Below are positions 25,560 through 37,332 of a stretch of 64,000 nucleotides of DNA, in pieces. Position numbers and translations under genes: made by a program. Origin of the DNA: Octopus vulgaris (taxonomy: Eukaryota). The stretch is taken from the NCBI GenBank assembly GCA_951406725.2, contig OX597819.1, positions 49,414,001 through 49,478,000 on the forward strand, in the 5' to 3' direction. The notes below the pieces were generated by a model. It saw only the letters and a list, made by a program, of their open reading frames with translations. It ran no database searches and was not told the origin of the DNA. Position 1 is the stretch's first letter. Each line of letters starts with the position of its first letter.

Positions 25560-26365
25560 CTAATAGTTGTTAATTTATAAGTCAGAAACGAAATTAGACA
25601 TCCATATGTTCCAACCTCACATTACAACACTCTTGAAGCCTACTGTTTTCATAATGCGTTTAATTTGACTTTTTCTTTTTTACACACAATTGTCTGACTT
25701 TTAATGAAACCTGGTTGTCAGTAACAAGTCTTTATCAATGCGGTGACACCCCTAAACACTGAAAAACGCCTGTCTGCAGTAAGATAACGATGCTTCTAAA
25801 TTTTCCAGAAGAATGTAAGATCATTACTTTACTCATATTCTTAGACTACAAACAATCAGACTGCTTAATTTGGAAAGTCTAATTAAATAACAGAACCATT
25901 ATGCAGTAACACTGAATCATGATGGAGTGATTAGAGATCTATCTTTAAATTGGTGCCTTTTATACAATGACAGCAGTCAGAATATTTATCTAAATTTGGC
26001 AACTCTATTATATACTATTCCAGTAAAAACCATAGACAAGTTATTCAACATCAACAACTACTTATTTATCATAAAAAATGTTGTGTCTCAGAAAGAAATT
26101 ATTACTTATATTTGTGTCTTCCGCTGCTATCAGTTGTCTAGGTTATTGTTGTAAAATCCACACCCAGTCAACTCTACATAAGCTGTATAGTTTAGTTGTT
26201 TCAATGTTTTAAGATGGATCCACAGATCCAACACACTCAATTTACCATAAGTTAATCTGATTTAGAATTACACTGTATGTTACAAGAGAAATATTTGATT
26301 GTATGCATTCAGTTCAATCAGTTCTGAAGATGCTCTAGTATGTACAATGGTGAGATATAGAAAAT
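25560..26365 (+). mobile_element. Decayed Penelope-like element (RT end, GIY-YIG, degenerate hammerhead)
   Basis: DFxxKP...HP*TLKN, ICVFRC...VVKST..QL resemble PLE RT and GIY-YIG motifs; ends with TT-CTGAAGA-TGCT...GGT-GAGA-TATA-GAA at ~26322. Confidence 0.4.
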
Positions 26366-26625
26366 TATACATAGACATAATATACTGCAATTATTTGGTC
26401 TGTTTCAAGATACTACAGCTGTTTTGATAGCAACAAAGTTTCTAGATTGTCCCTGATCTACTAATAAGGCAGCCAAACTCCCATCAGCAAAACACCACCT
26501 ATTATTAAAATGAAGATATGTTCTAGTTCTAAATCTTATAACAATGTGGTCACAGTAAAGTTGGGATCACCATAGCTAGAACAATGATCAATAAAATTTA
26601 ACCCAGACCAAGATGACTGCTAATA

Positions 26626-27911
26626 TCAGGTCATCCCATAAGTTCTATCCAAATTTTGAATAAAGAGAACAAGTGATCAAATGTTATATTTAATTGAAAT
26701 TTAATCATCAATGTACTTTTCCTGATTATTTATGACTTCCTTCCATCTATTTACAAGCATTTTAATCCCATCAATGTAAAGCTTTTTTGGTTTCAACAAG
26801 AAAAACTCTGAAATGTCAGTTTCAACCACCTCCTGGCTTACAAAAGTTGTGTCCCCCAAATGTTTCTGTAAACTACGAAACAATAGTAGTCTGAAGGAAC
26901 AAGGTTGGGAGAATAAGGTGGATGAAGAATTTTTTCCCAACCAAGCTCTTCGATCTTCTGTGATGTGATCTTTGCAGTGTGGGGTCGTGCATTGTCCTGA
27001 TGAAACATCATGCCTTTTCAATTCACTAAAGCGGGTCTCTTTTTCTTCAAAGCTTGGTTCAAACATTCTAATTACTGACAGTAGACTTGAGCATTGATTG
27101 TTGTATTAGGTGGTAACAATTCAATGTGAATTACTCCTTTCTAATCCCACCAGATAGAGAGAAGAACCTTTTTCCTGTGAAGTTCCCTTCTCAGTTGTGG
27201 TTGAACATTTTCCCTTTTACCAAGCCACTGTTTACGACATTTAACATTTCAGTAGGAGATCCATTTTTCGTCACCAGTCAAAAGTCTATCCAAAAAGAGT
27301 GAAATGAGTTCACGAGAATGGAGAGAAGAGCAGATGTCAAATCAGGATTTGCGGTTACTTTTGGACAATTCATGAGGCACCCATTTTCCAAGTTTAGGAA
27401 CCTTTCAAAGTTGTTAAAGATGACGACAAATAGTTGTATGGTTTGAACTAAGCTTTATTGTCAATTCTTCAGCTTATAATGCAGGATTTTCTTCAAGTAA
27501 TGCCTCAAGGAGCTTATCATCAAACTCAACTGGACGCCCTGTTTGATCTTCATCTTCAAGGCTGAAATCTCCACTTGTGAATTTTGCAAACCATCTTCTG
27601 CAAGTTCTTTCATTCAAGCATTCTTTCCCATAAACTGAGTGTATGTTTTGAATCACATCGGCTGCAGAGTTTCCTTTTTTGTATTCATAAAGCATTATGC
27701 GCCTTAAATGTTCTTTGGATACTTCCATGTTAGAAAGGGTTTTAATCAAAGAAATTTTAAAATTCTATTCTGTAAAATAATATTTAGTTAGTTTAAATGT
27801 ACACAAATGCATAAAAATGATTTTTAATTCCATTAGACATTCTAAAATACTATTAAATTTCATTCAGTTTTAAAAAAGGTAAAATCGAACAGAACTTATG
27901 GGATGACCTGA
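26626..27911 (-). mobile_element. mariner (DD34D) transposon, full length, frameshifted transposase 26701-27728
   Basis: TIRs TCAGGTCATCCCATAAGTTCT with TA TSD; MEVSKEHLRRIMLYEYKKG HTH, LTGDEKWI, QDNARPH, GIKMLVNRWKEVI. Confidence 0.95.
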
Positions 27912-28699
27912 TATTAATGGTTGTGGAAGAAGCAGAGATTTTTTTTTAGAGTAACTATTATTAATTAAAACATCAGCTCTTTTGTTAGAAATAAAATTTC
28001 TCTCCTAAAATGTTTGGGTATGTTCCCCTGAAAATCCTTGACTTGTAAATATGAAAACACAATTTAACACATTCAAAACTATTAAATATCACAGCATTGG
28101 CAAAACAGGTAGGGCCTCTTGTACCAACACTTGAGATTTACTGACATGGAAACACAAAATTAAATATCACAACAAGCACAAATTTAAAACTCAAATAATA
28201 AAAGTAGTAGTAGTTGTAGTAGCAAAGAGGAGGAGGGGAGCTGCAGTAGTGGTAGCAGTGATTTGTGATGATACAAGCAAATTGTATGAAAGAAAAGCGT
28301 GGGACCAACTGCCTTAAGTTATGAAATTCAGAGATGATGATGATGATGGTGATGATGATGTTATTGTTGTTGTTGTTTGCTGACATTAACATGTTCAAGA
28401 TGGGGAAAATGTGTCTATTGCTTGATGTTATTTCCTCTCACCTACATTTTTAAGGTTTAAATAACAGAATAGACAAGCAAGTAATCATCATTTGTTATTT
28501 CAGTTACTTGCCTTTTCTTTTTACTTAAGTTTTACTCACTTCTAATTCTTTTATTTAACATATAAAAGAAATAAAAGATTTATCTATGAAATGTAATAGG
28601 ATACTGAAGGAATTTTGTTCTTCAAAGTGACACACATCTACATCTTATAAAAAAAAAAAGTGTTCTATTTTCTTGTTGTTCCGAACAGAACTATGTCTT

Positions 28700-29050
28700 A
28701 TATTCAAAACAACGACCAGTGTATTACCTAAGTGTTGCCTGAACAAAATAAAATTCAAATTACATAAATAACTAAGCTAATAGGAACTGGGGGCAAGCAT
28801 AAAAGCAAATACCAAATGCAACAGAAATGTAACTCCTCAAGTAACTAAATGTAAAAAGAGTAGAAAACTTGCAAACATTTCTATTCAATATAAACTGTAA
28901 AGCACGCAAAGTAATTAGTATTCTTGACAGCTCTAACATTGGCTGCAGCACTTCTGAAGTCCATCCCAATGACATTATCAAGTAATGCATCTACTGATAA
29001 ATAGCAAATACACTTAAACACTTTTCCAAAATCAACCACCAAAAATTACA
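28700..29050 (+). pseudogene. Possible decayed Penelope (Neptune-like) Cys-linker/GIY-YIG fragment
   Basis: VTKCKKSR-KTCK...NINCKARKVISIL resembles CxxxRCKTC...CxSxNVIYxLxC. Confidence 0.4.
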
Positions 29051-29122
29051 AAGTAGACAGAAACACAAAAACACAATCTACACCACTTCCACCTTGGATC
29101 CTTCTACTGGATACCAGAAATA

Positions 29123-29384
29123 ATTAAAAAAATAAATGCTCCCTTTTTAAAGCCTATCCAGGTTCATGGGTCCAGTTTTGCAGTTTCTATGGCACATGTG
29201 TTCCCCAGCTGGACGGGTTGCCACTCCATCACAGCATTACTCATTTTTGCCAGCTGAGTGGACTGGAGCAACGTGAAATGAAATGTTTTGCTCAAGAACA
29301 CAATGCATCGCCTGGTCCAAGATTTGAAACCACAATCTTACGATCATGATGCTGACACCCTAATCACTAATCCACGTGCCTCCA
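29123..29384 (-). mobile_element. SINE family C with 15 bp TSD
   Basis: TGGATACCAGAAATA at 29108-29122 and 29385-29399; tRNA-like head at right end. Confidence 0.9.
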
Positions 29385-29515
29385 TGGATACCAGAAATAG
29401 GGAGACATAAAAATGGAAAATACTTAAAGCCCAATAAAATCACAAATATATATTCAAAGTATTTAAAGCCCTGAAGGAATTGTTACATTCACCAACATAT
29501 CCCCAGAATCTAGAA

Positions 29516-29760
29516 CAGCAGTTCCCAACTTGGGTCCATATGATTGTTGAGGATCCTTGCAAGATTTTGTGGCTCAAAATTATGTACAACAGATGGTTAT
29601 ACTTCTATGATATCTTTTAATAATTTTATACAATTCCTAATAATATCTAATTATAAAAATATAATAGGATTTTATAGATGTCAAATGGTTAAAAAAAGTC
29701 CAGTAGAGTAAAATAAGAACTGGAGGGAATCCATGAGTAAAAAATGGTTGAGAACCATTG
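29516..29760. mobile_element. hAT (Charlie-like) MITE
   Basis: CAGCAGTTCCCAAC...GTTGAGAACCATTG termini; 8 bp TSD ATCTAGAA/ATTTAGAA. Confidence 0.8.
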
Positions 29761-30789
29761 ATTTAGAATCTGAGCAGGAATATGGCAATTCTAAAACACA
29801 CATAAAAAACCCCACCTGAAACAACATCACACTAAGCCATCACCCTTCTTTGCACATCCTTGAAAAATTCTAGAAAGATTTCTCATTGATATCAGCAACT
29901 CACACATTCAGCTTTTCAACTTGTGACATAGATTCAGACTATTTATACTCAACCACCATACAACTCATAAATCATATGATATGTGAAGGCTTCAACAACA
30001 ACAACAACCACAAATAAATCTACATACACCATCCTAAACATCACAGCTATCAGTAAAGCTTTAAACTCCATTCTTTGCCATCCAGTTATAGACAAAATAT
30101 TCAACAAAAATGCAGTAGTTAGCATCACTGAATACCCAGTCTATGTAGTTAAATAACATCTTGGATCAATTTGTGAGAATGCATTTAATAATCTAGAGGG
30201 TTAATGTTATAAGATAAATTTTGGTGATGGCAAACTTTTTGAAACTTTCATCTTAAGTATACCTGAAGGCTTTGCTAATGTCAAGAGCAATAATTGTATT
30301 TTGATCTAAGTTTGCAAGAATAGGTAAAAAGGTAGATTTCCAGCAGATCAAATTTCAAAGAAGCCATACTAACAGTCATAGATGAAAAAAAAAAAAGATT
30401 CCATTTAGAGGTAAGTTATTAAAATTATTATCTCCCTTCATCTAGGAGATTGTGGATGTGATGATGATTGACTGACTCAAAGTAAACTATATTTTCTTGA
30501 TTAGAGATAGTTGCATGCACTTGTGGGATAAGTACCAAATAAAGAGAAAGAAATTTCAGTTTCATGATGAAAACGAATCAACTTGAAGAGATATTTTTTT
30601 GATGGGAACGATAACCAATATATATGCAAAACTGGTTAAATTGTTGCATTTTGGAAACTGGGGTATCATACTTAGAAACAGTGAAAATAATAGTGAATCA
30701 GTAGGGACAGAAAATAGGGAGTGGAGCTGTAGGTGAACAGGGCAGCAAATATAGTGGCTTTGCTTGTTAGGACTGGTGTTCAGAATATC

Positions 30790-31380
30790 ATCTGAATTAA
30801 GCAAGTACATAGGTTCAGTACAGAAGCTATCTTGACACTGAATACAGAGCACAACAATCTTCTCTAACTCACTATTGACTAAAACCCTTGAAAATGATGC
30901 CCCATATGGTCATACTCCAAAGACTGAAATCAGCAAAAGAATAAAACCATAAAACTCTTTTGATGAATATTTTAAAAGAGAAAACTTCTCAGCTGCTGCT
31001 TGCTCAGGTAGTAAATCCTTTGTTATCACTGTTAAAAAAACAAACCCAATGAATTTATGCTATGGTCCACATCAGCAAAATAAAATCAATGTTTCCCACA
31101 GTTTCTTTGCTGATGAACAAAAAATATACATCAATACTAATGGCTCCAAGAACACCTTGACCTGATGAGCTATTCGTATGACATCAGAATGGGAGTCTGT
31201 TAAAACAAAAAAATATTCTAATCTTATAATAGATGGAGAACTACATACTAAAGTGGCACTCACACGATCAATGCCCATTCTATTAACTCTGTTTTGATCA
31301 ATGGAAGCTACAAATAGTTAACTGGTATATGAGAATAAGTCCTGTAATGATACAATCAATAAAATAAAAATAGACAGACT
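30790..31380 (+). pseudogene. Old R4/Dong-like (RLE-type) non-LTR RT fragment
   Basis: LLAQVVNPLLSLLKK, NVSHSFFADEQKIY (cf. ISHLxFxDDLKLY), KYSNLIIDGE, GSYK*L (cf. SYKYLG). Confidence 0.55.
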
Positions 31381-32199
31381 ACTACACCACAAAGAAAAAC
31401 ATGACAGTCAGAGCTTCCCTCTCTCAAGATAGTCTGCCACAAGCATTTGCATTAGCTTTACTGGTTATTTTCATTCAGGCTACTTGATTGGACAATTATT
31501 AAAGCAATGTTATTGTTATCTAAACTTGGAAGATGTTGACATCCCAGGGAAGATTACACAGACATAGTGACACCAACACAGTATCTCAGAAGGATACAAG
31601 GAAGTAGAAAGTTATGACCAGTTTAGACAACTTTTTAAGTGTTGTCTGTATCTGTCTAGCAGAATCTAATAAACTACAGCCACAAAAACAAATACCTTCA
31701 AAAAGTATTCAAACATGAAGAATACATCTTATGAGTCAAGAGTGAGTTGTCCAAGAAGTGCTAATATCCTGATGTTTAGTGTAACCACAGAACTACTGGT
31801 AAATACTTCATTAATAGGAATCTTTAGCAGAAATACACTATACACCCACTATACAGCTACATAATGTTTCAAAGATTAAGGCTTTTCAATTCAAGGAAAA
31901 GGTTTAGCTAGGAGAGAGTTAAGCTCTTAATCTTCCAAAGTACAATTAAAAATGACAAAATGTCACCTTCCACTAAATCATAATGAAGGATTTTCTATTT
32001 TTCTATACCAGTACTGTCTTGTATACAAGCTTTGACTGTTGTGTATTTCATGTATTTTAGAAATTATATACAATGTCATTTGCAACATGGGTTGCTCTGA
32101 AAAGGTAGGTGTCAGAGGGACCACTAGTGTCAATGACATGCAATAAGAAAAAACATTGGTAAAGGTTTCTGCATAGTGCTAAAGATCCCAACATTGCCA

Positions 32200-32515
32200 T
32201 CAAGATACAGGACCAGATACTGCTAGAGCTTGGGTTACAAGGGCCCACAGTTCTTCAGTATCCTCTCAAAAAGCCCGAGAGATCTGCATGGTGTGGATGT
32301 AGATGTTTTCAAAACAAAACTGGATCTCCTCCTGTCAAGAATTCTGGATGAGCCTACCTCATGGCAGGAAACACAGATAAGGGTAACAACTTCCTCATTC
32401 ACCAAATGCCACATATCAGACGTGGTTTCAAGTTGTGAAGGTGTTGCAAAGCTAATGGTTGTGTTTCAGCATGACCACAGCTTGCAAACTGAAACGAATT
32501 AAAGAATAAAGAATA
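32200..32515 (+). mobile_element. CR1-group LINE 3' end, same family as 2640-3510
   Basis: LGYKGPQFFSILSKSPRDLHGVDVDVFKTKLDLLLSRILDEPT; tail CAGCATGACCACAG...CTGAAAC-(AAAGAAT)n. Confidence 0.8.
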
Positions 32516-32651
32516 TTCTGATTAAGACTTTCTCATCTGAGGTAGAGAAATGTCTCTGATGGCAGAAAACAGAAAATCTGCACCATTTAGGAAGTCAACA
32601 GCAGCCCAATAAGTAAGTATTGGTCAACTAGAAGCTCTGATAGAAATATAT

Positions 32652-32840
32652 CTGTTCTATATTTTAGAGATGAGGAATTCTGTATATTATTTACATTGGA
32701 CAGATATGTGTCCTCATCTTGTTTGTTGTTAGCACAATGTTTCAGCTGATTTACTCTCCAGCTTTCATCAGGTGTCCTGGTGGAACTTTGAACCCTACCC
32801 TGGGTTCTCATTCTTAAGGTATTTTTCTGCTGATGTTATT
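32652..32840 (-). mobile_element. Penelope-like pseudo-LTR with hammerhead motif (32732-32775)
   Basis: Minus strand ACAC-CTGATGA-A-AGCTG-N10-CAGCT-GAAA-CATT-GTGC; homologous to 41230-41500. Confidence 0.7.
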
Positions 32841-32844
32841 ATTC

Positions 32845-32889
<45 letters not shown>

Positions 32890-32892
<3 letters not shown>

Positions 32893-33265
32893 GTTTGACT
32901 TTTGCTTTATATGTGTACAAGTTGGCTCCAAGTCTCACCCAGAGACCTCAAGAGACAACAGGTTGGAAGTTCATGTTGTTGTTATGCCTAGTGTGCCATA
33001 TATTTGGGGGGTTTTTTTGGTGTTGTACTAGTGAATGTCCAAAAAAAACAAGAAAAAATAAAGAAAATTATGTTTGTTTTAAACCCTGAGATTACATAGA
33101 AAGTATTTTGCGTAGGATATGAGCAGTTCCCATGAGCACTATCTTTTGAATTTCTGCCATTTTTGGGTTTCCTGGTATCTGAGTTAGGTAGCAATCATTC
33201 CCAGGGCACCTATGACAACAGGTATTGTTTTAGTCTTCAGGTTCCACATTTTGCTGATTTCTATT
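32890..33265 (-). mobile_element. 5'-truncated R4/Dong-like LINE (RLE end plus 3' UTR) between (TTA)n arrays
   Basis: Minus strand IEISKMWNLKTKTIPVVIGALGMI ... KIVLMGTAHILRKIL; (TTA)n at 32848-32890 and 33263-33333. Confidence 0.85.
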
Positions 33266-33269
33266 ATTA

Positions 33270-33334
<65 letters not shown>

Positions 33335-34016
33335 TAGTCAAGGCACTGCCTAGAACTGAACTGGGAATCTTGGGGTTAGTAACCTGTGCTGTTAACCATT
33401 ACGTTATATCCCTGTGGGCAAAAAAAAAGAAAAGAAAGAAATATATCTACTTGATGTGCGGCACAGTTGAATTGAACTCACTGTATGTGTTTCTTGGTGC
33501 AGATGTTGTTTGTTGAGTTTCCACAAAGCAATGCATTGCACAACATTTGTATAGTTTCTCAAGCATTCATTTAAATTGTTTGTCACCGATGTATTTGTCT
33601 GAAATCAACAAGTATAAAAATAGTGTTTGTGTATTCAAGTATGGATTGTGTAATTATTTTATAGGAAGTTTTCTTTAGTTAGTTATTTATTTTCTTTAAA
33701 TAGTTGATGGATGTTTTAAAATGTTAAACGTTTTGCTGGTATTTGATAGTGTTGTGTATTTTGGTTTTATGTTTAAAAAAGAGAAATGAAACCTGATATT
33801 TTGGAGTGGTTTTCTCTGTGTGTTTGTACGATTTTCTTTTTATTATCATCGTCATCATCGTCATCGTCGTTGTTATCATCATTGTTGTTTTAACATCCAT
33901 TTTTCCACGCTTGCATGGGTCAGATGGAGCTATTTAGGCAAAATTCTTTTACAGCTGGATGCCCTTCCTGATGCCAACCCATACCTGTTTTCAGGCAAGG
34001 CAATATTTCCTCATGT

Positions 34017-34305
34017 GGAGGTGCAATGGTCCAGTGGTTAGGGCATTGAACTCGCAGTCGGAGGATCGCGGTTTCGATTCCCAGACTGAGCGTTGTGTGT
34101 GTTTATTGAGAGAAACCACCTAAAGCTCCACGAGTTGTAGTCTTTCGCCTCAACTTTCTCTAACTCTTTCTTCCGGTTTCTTGAGTAACACTGCGATGGA
34201 CTGGTGTTCCATCCAGCTGGGGGGAACACATACGCCACAGAAACCGGGAAACTGAACCCATGAGCCTGGCTAGGCTTGAAAAAGGTGCATAAATAAATAA
34301 ATAAA
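34017..34305 (+). mobile_element. tRNA-derived SINE nested in an older SINE
   Basis: TGGTCCAGTGG A-box-like, GTTTCGATTCC B-box-like, (TAAA)n tail. Confidence 0.85.
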
Positions 34306-34397
34306 ATATTTCATCATGGGCAGATATGCTTATGTAGAATATTAGAAACAAATGACATTAAAAACATTGTGAAGTTAAAACAAGGAGACACAACATA

Positions 34398-34435
<38 letters not shown>

Positions 34436-34944
34436 GCACAATATTTATTCAAAGCTGAGTCTGAGTGAATAACTGTTAATATTTTCTCATTTCCAATCCT
34501 CTTGCATTTGAGCACCAAAACTTATCATTAAATACTTATTTTGCTCTATTGTAATTTATGCCAGTGTGAACCCGTGATCATCTGTGTATATGTGTGTGTG
34601 TATGTGTATATATATATATATGTGTGTGTGTGTATGTGCGTGTGTGTGTATACATGCCCTATGCAAGTGTGTGTGCGTGTGTTAAAACTTTGGTTATTTA
34701 TATTATGATAATGTTTCATCGCAGTTCCTCTTACTCTCTCTGATTCCTTTTTTTTTTTTTGTCTACACTGGACCTATAAATAGCCATTATAACGATCTGT
34801 GAAATTTTATAGCTTCTGACCACTACCCTTAGAATGTCATAAACACCCGCTTAAATTCAATGATTTTTTTTAGCAAATTCATTTGTGTTGCTAAACATTT
34901 AACATGTAAATCAATTCAAATTCTCTAAATTCCTAAATGATTAT

Positions 34945-35365
34945 TTTATTCTTTTCTGTCATTTCACTGCGGCCATGCTGCAGCACCACCTTTTAGTCGA
35001 GCAAATCGTCCCCAGATCTTATTCTTTGTAAGCCTTGTACTTATTCTATCGGTGTCTTTTTGCCGAACCACTAAGTTACAGGTACGTAAACACGCCAGCA
35101 TCGCATGTCAAGTGATGTTGGCAGGGACAATCACAGACACACAAACACACACAAACACACAGACACACACACACACACACATACATATATATACATATAT
35201 ATGGCAGGCTTCTTTCAGTTTCCATCTACCAAATCCAGTCACAAGGCTTTGGTCAGCCCGAGACTATAGTAGAAGACACTTGCCCAAGATGCCATGCAGT
35301 GGGACTGAACCAGGAATCATGTAGTTGGTAAGCAAGCTACTTACCACACAGCCACTCCGGCCCCT
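34945..35365 (-). mobile_element. SINE family A
   Basis: Reverse complement of the family A consensus. Confidence 0.9.
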
Positions 35366-35656
35366 GTATATTTGTTCAAAATTACTTGAAGGCAGATTTT
35401 TTTAACATGATGTAATTGAGGTAATAAAAGGATTCATCAATAAAAAATGCTGTTGAAACAGCTGTTGGGAATTCTTAAACTCTTAAACTCTACTTGTGTT
35501 CTTCTTTTATACAAACACCATTCCTGGGACAATTTCAAGATAGGATCTACAACTTACACTGTATAAGGTACGTATGTGTGTATATATTTGTATATGTACA
35601 GTGCATACATATGTATATGTGTCAGTGCTTGTATATGTATGTGTGTATATATATAT

Positions 35657-35693
<37 letters not shown>

Positions 35694-35804
35694 CATGTGT
35701 GTGAGTATGTAAGGCCGTATATATATGTGTGTGTATGTATGTATGTATGCATGCATGCATGCATGCATATATGTATGTATGTATGTATGTATAAGGGCCA
35801 GAGC

Positions 35805-36208
35805 AACAAGCTGGCCTCCAAGCCAATGGCACATTAAAAACACCATTCGAGCATGATCGTTACCTGCATCGCCTTACTAGCACTTGTGCTGGTGGCACGT
35901 GAAAAAACATTTGAGTGAAGTCGTTGCCAGTGCCGCTGGACTGGCTCCTGTGCAGGTGGCACATAAAAGGCACCATTTGAGCATGGCCATTGCCAGTACC
36001 GCCTGACTGGCCCTCATGCCGGTGGCACATAAAAGCACCAACTACACTCCCGGAGTGGTTGGCATTAGGAAGGGCAACCAGCTGTAGAAACTCTGCCAGA
36101 TCAGATTGGAGTCTGGTGCAGCCATCTGGTTCACCAGACCTCAGTCAAATCGTCCAACCCATGCGCTAGCATGGAAAGTGGACGTTAAACGATGATGATG
36201 ATGATGAT
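35805..36208 (+). mobile_element. SINE family B with four ~62 bp tandem units and (GAT)n tail
   Basis: TGGCACRT.AAAA.CACC repeated; 3' GGACGTTAAACGATGATGAT. Confidence 0.88.
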
Positions 36209-36395
36209 ATATATATATAAATATATAAATATATATATATATATATAAGTAGTTGAATGAATTATCTTATTATGTATAATTCGGTTAACCGATACCTGGG
36301 TAGCAAATTCACGTCAGAAAAACACAGTTGAAGCTACATGCCTAGGGCAGAGATCACATGCTTTCGTGTGGAAATTTGTGTGTTTTTTTAAATAC

Positions 36396-36470
36396 AAATA
36401 AATGAAAGAATGGAGTTGAATGACGAATTAAAGGAATTTTGTTAATTCGTCGTTCAACTCCATTCTTTCA

Positions 36471-36477
<7 letters not shown>
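36396..36477. repeat. Short hairpin, 36 bp arms, 10 nt loop
   Basis: AAATAAATGAAAGAATGGAGTTGAATGACGAATTAA versus TTAATTCGTCGTTCAACTCCATTCTTTCATTTATTT. Confidence 0.92.
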
Positions 36478-36518
<41 letters not shown>

Positions 36519-36539
36519 TATGTGTGTGTGTGTTTAAGG

Positions 36540-36603
<64 letters not shown>

Positions 36604-36739
36604 TTAAGGCTATATATATATATGCTTTATGTACGTATATGTATTTGTGTTTGTCTGATTGTCCTCATATTCTTTGACTGTTCTAGCATCTTGCATGTTG
36701 AAATATCTATATTCTAATGAATCCTAGAATTGAATGATA

Positions 36740-37314
36740 CAAGGTGACCCCCCACAAAAAACAGAACCCACAAATCTTAGCAGTGCTGAGGAAGTTCTGG
36801 GTATCACTGGGATGATGCATTGGGGTAAACTGAGATAAACAGTGATTCCAGCAAGACAGGGCCATCCTCCATGCATCAAATGATTCCCTAGCTTGGCTGA
36901 GAGAATGATTTCAGGAGAGACTAATTAGCAAGAAGTGTGATGTTGAGTGTGCACCACATTTGCTGAACTTGAACCCCACTTAAATTTTTATCAGTGGAGG
37001 TATCTTAAGGATAATATTTACCAGAACAACCCTCAAACAAATGGTGAAATGAAGGCAGCAATCACAGCAAAGAGGAATGTCCCAAAAAGGAATGTGTTTG
37101 AGTAACTGACAATTTTGTGTGACGTATGCAAGTGGGCCTCCAATGATGCAGAGGCCATTTGGAGCATATTTTGAGAAGAACATGACTTTTTTGCGAAGGG
37201 TGTGATCATAAACAGACCAAAGTTTGACTCCAACAAATTTTAAGAAATTTGCTGGACCTTTGTAGTATTTAATAAAATTTTTATGGGTTCTGTTTTTTTG
37301 TGGGGGTCACCCTG
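36740..37314 (+). mobile_element. Internally deleted rosa-like (DD41D) Tc1/mariner element
   Basis: TIRs CAAGGTGACCCCCCACAAAAAACAGAACCCA; FQQD...AWLRE*FQERLISKK...LNP spacing consistent with DD41D. Confidence 0.85.
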
Positions 37315-37332
37315 TGTATGTGTGTGTGTGTA

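Noticed and set aside
34017-34095. tRNA-like sequence
   Set aside because: It is a SINE head; no complete cloverleaf and it continues into a SINE body and tail
35826-36045. CRISPR-like repeat/spacer appearance of TGGCACRTAAAA arrays
   Set aside because: The intervening segments are homologous to each other, the context is a eukaryotic SINE and there are no cas genes
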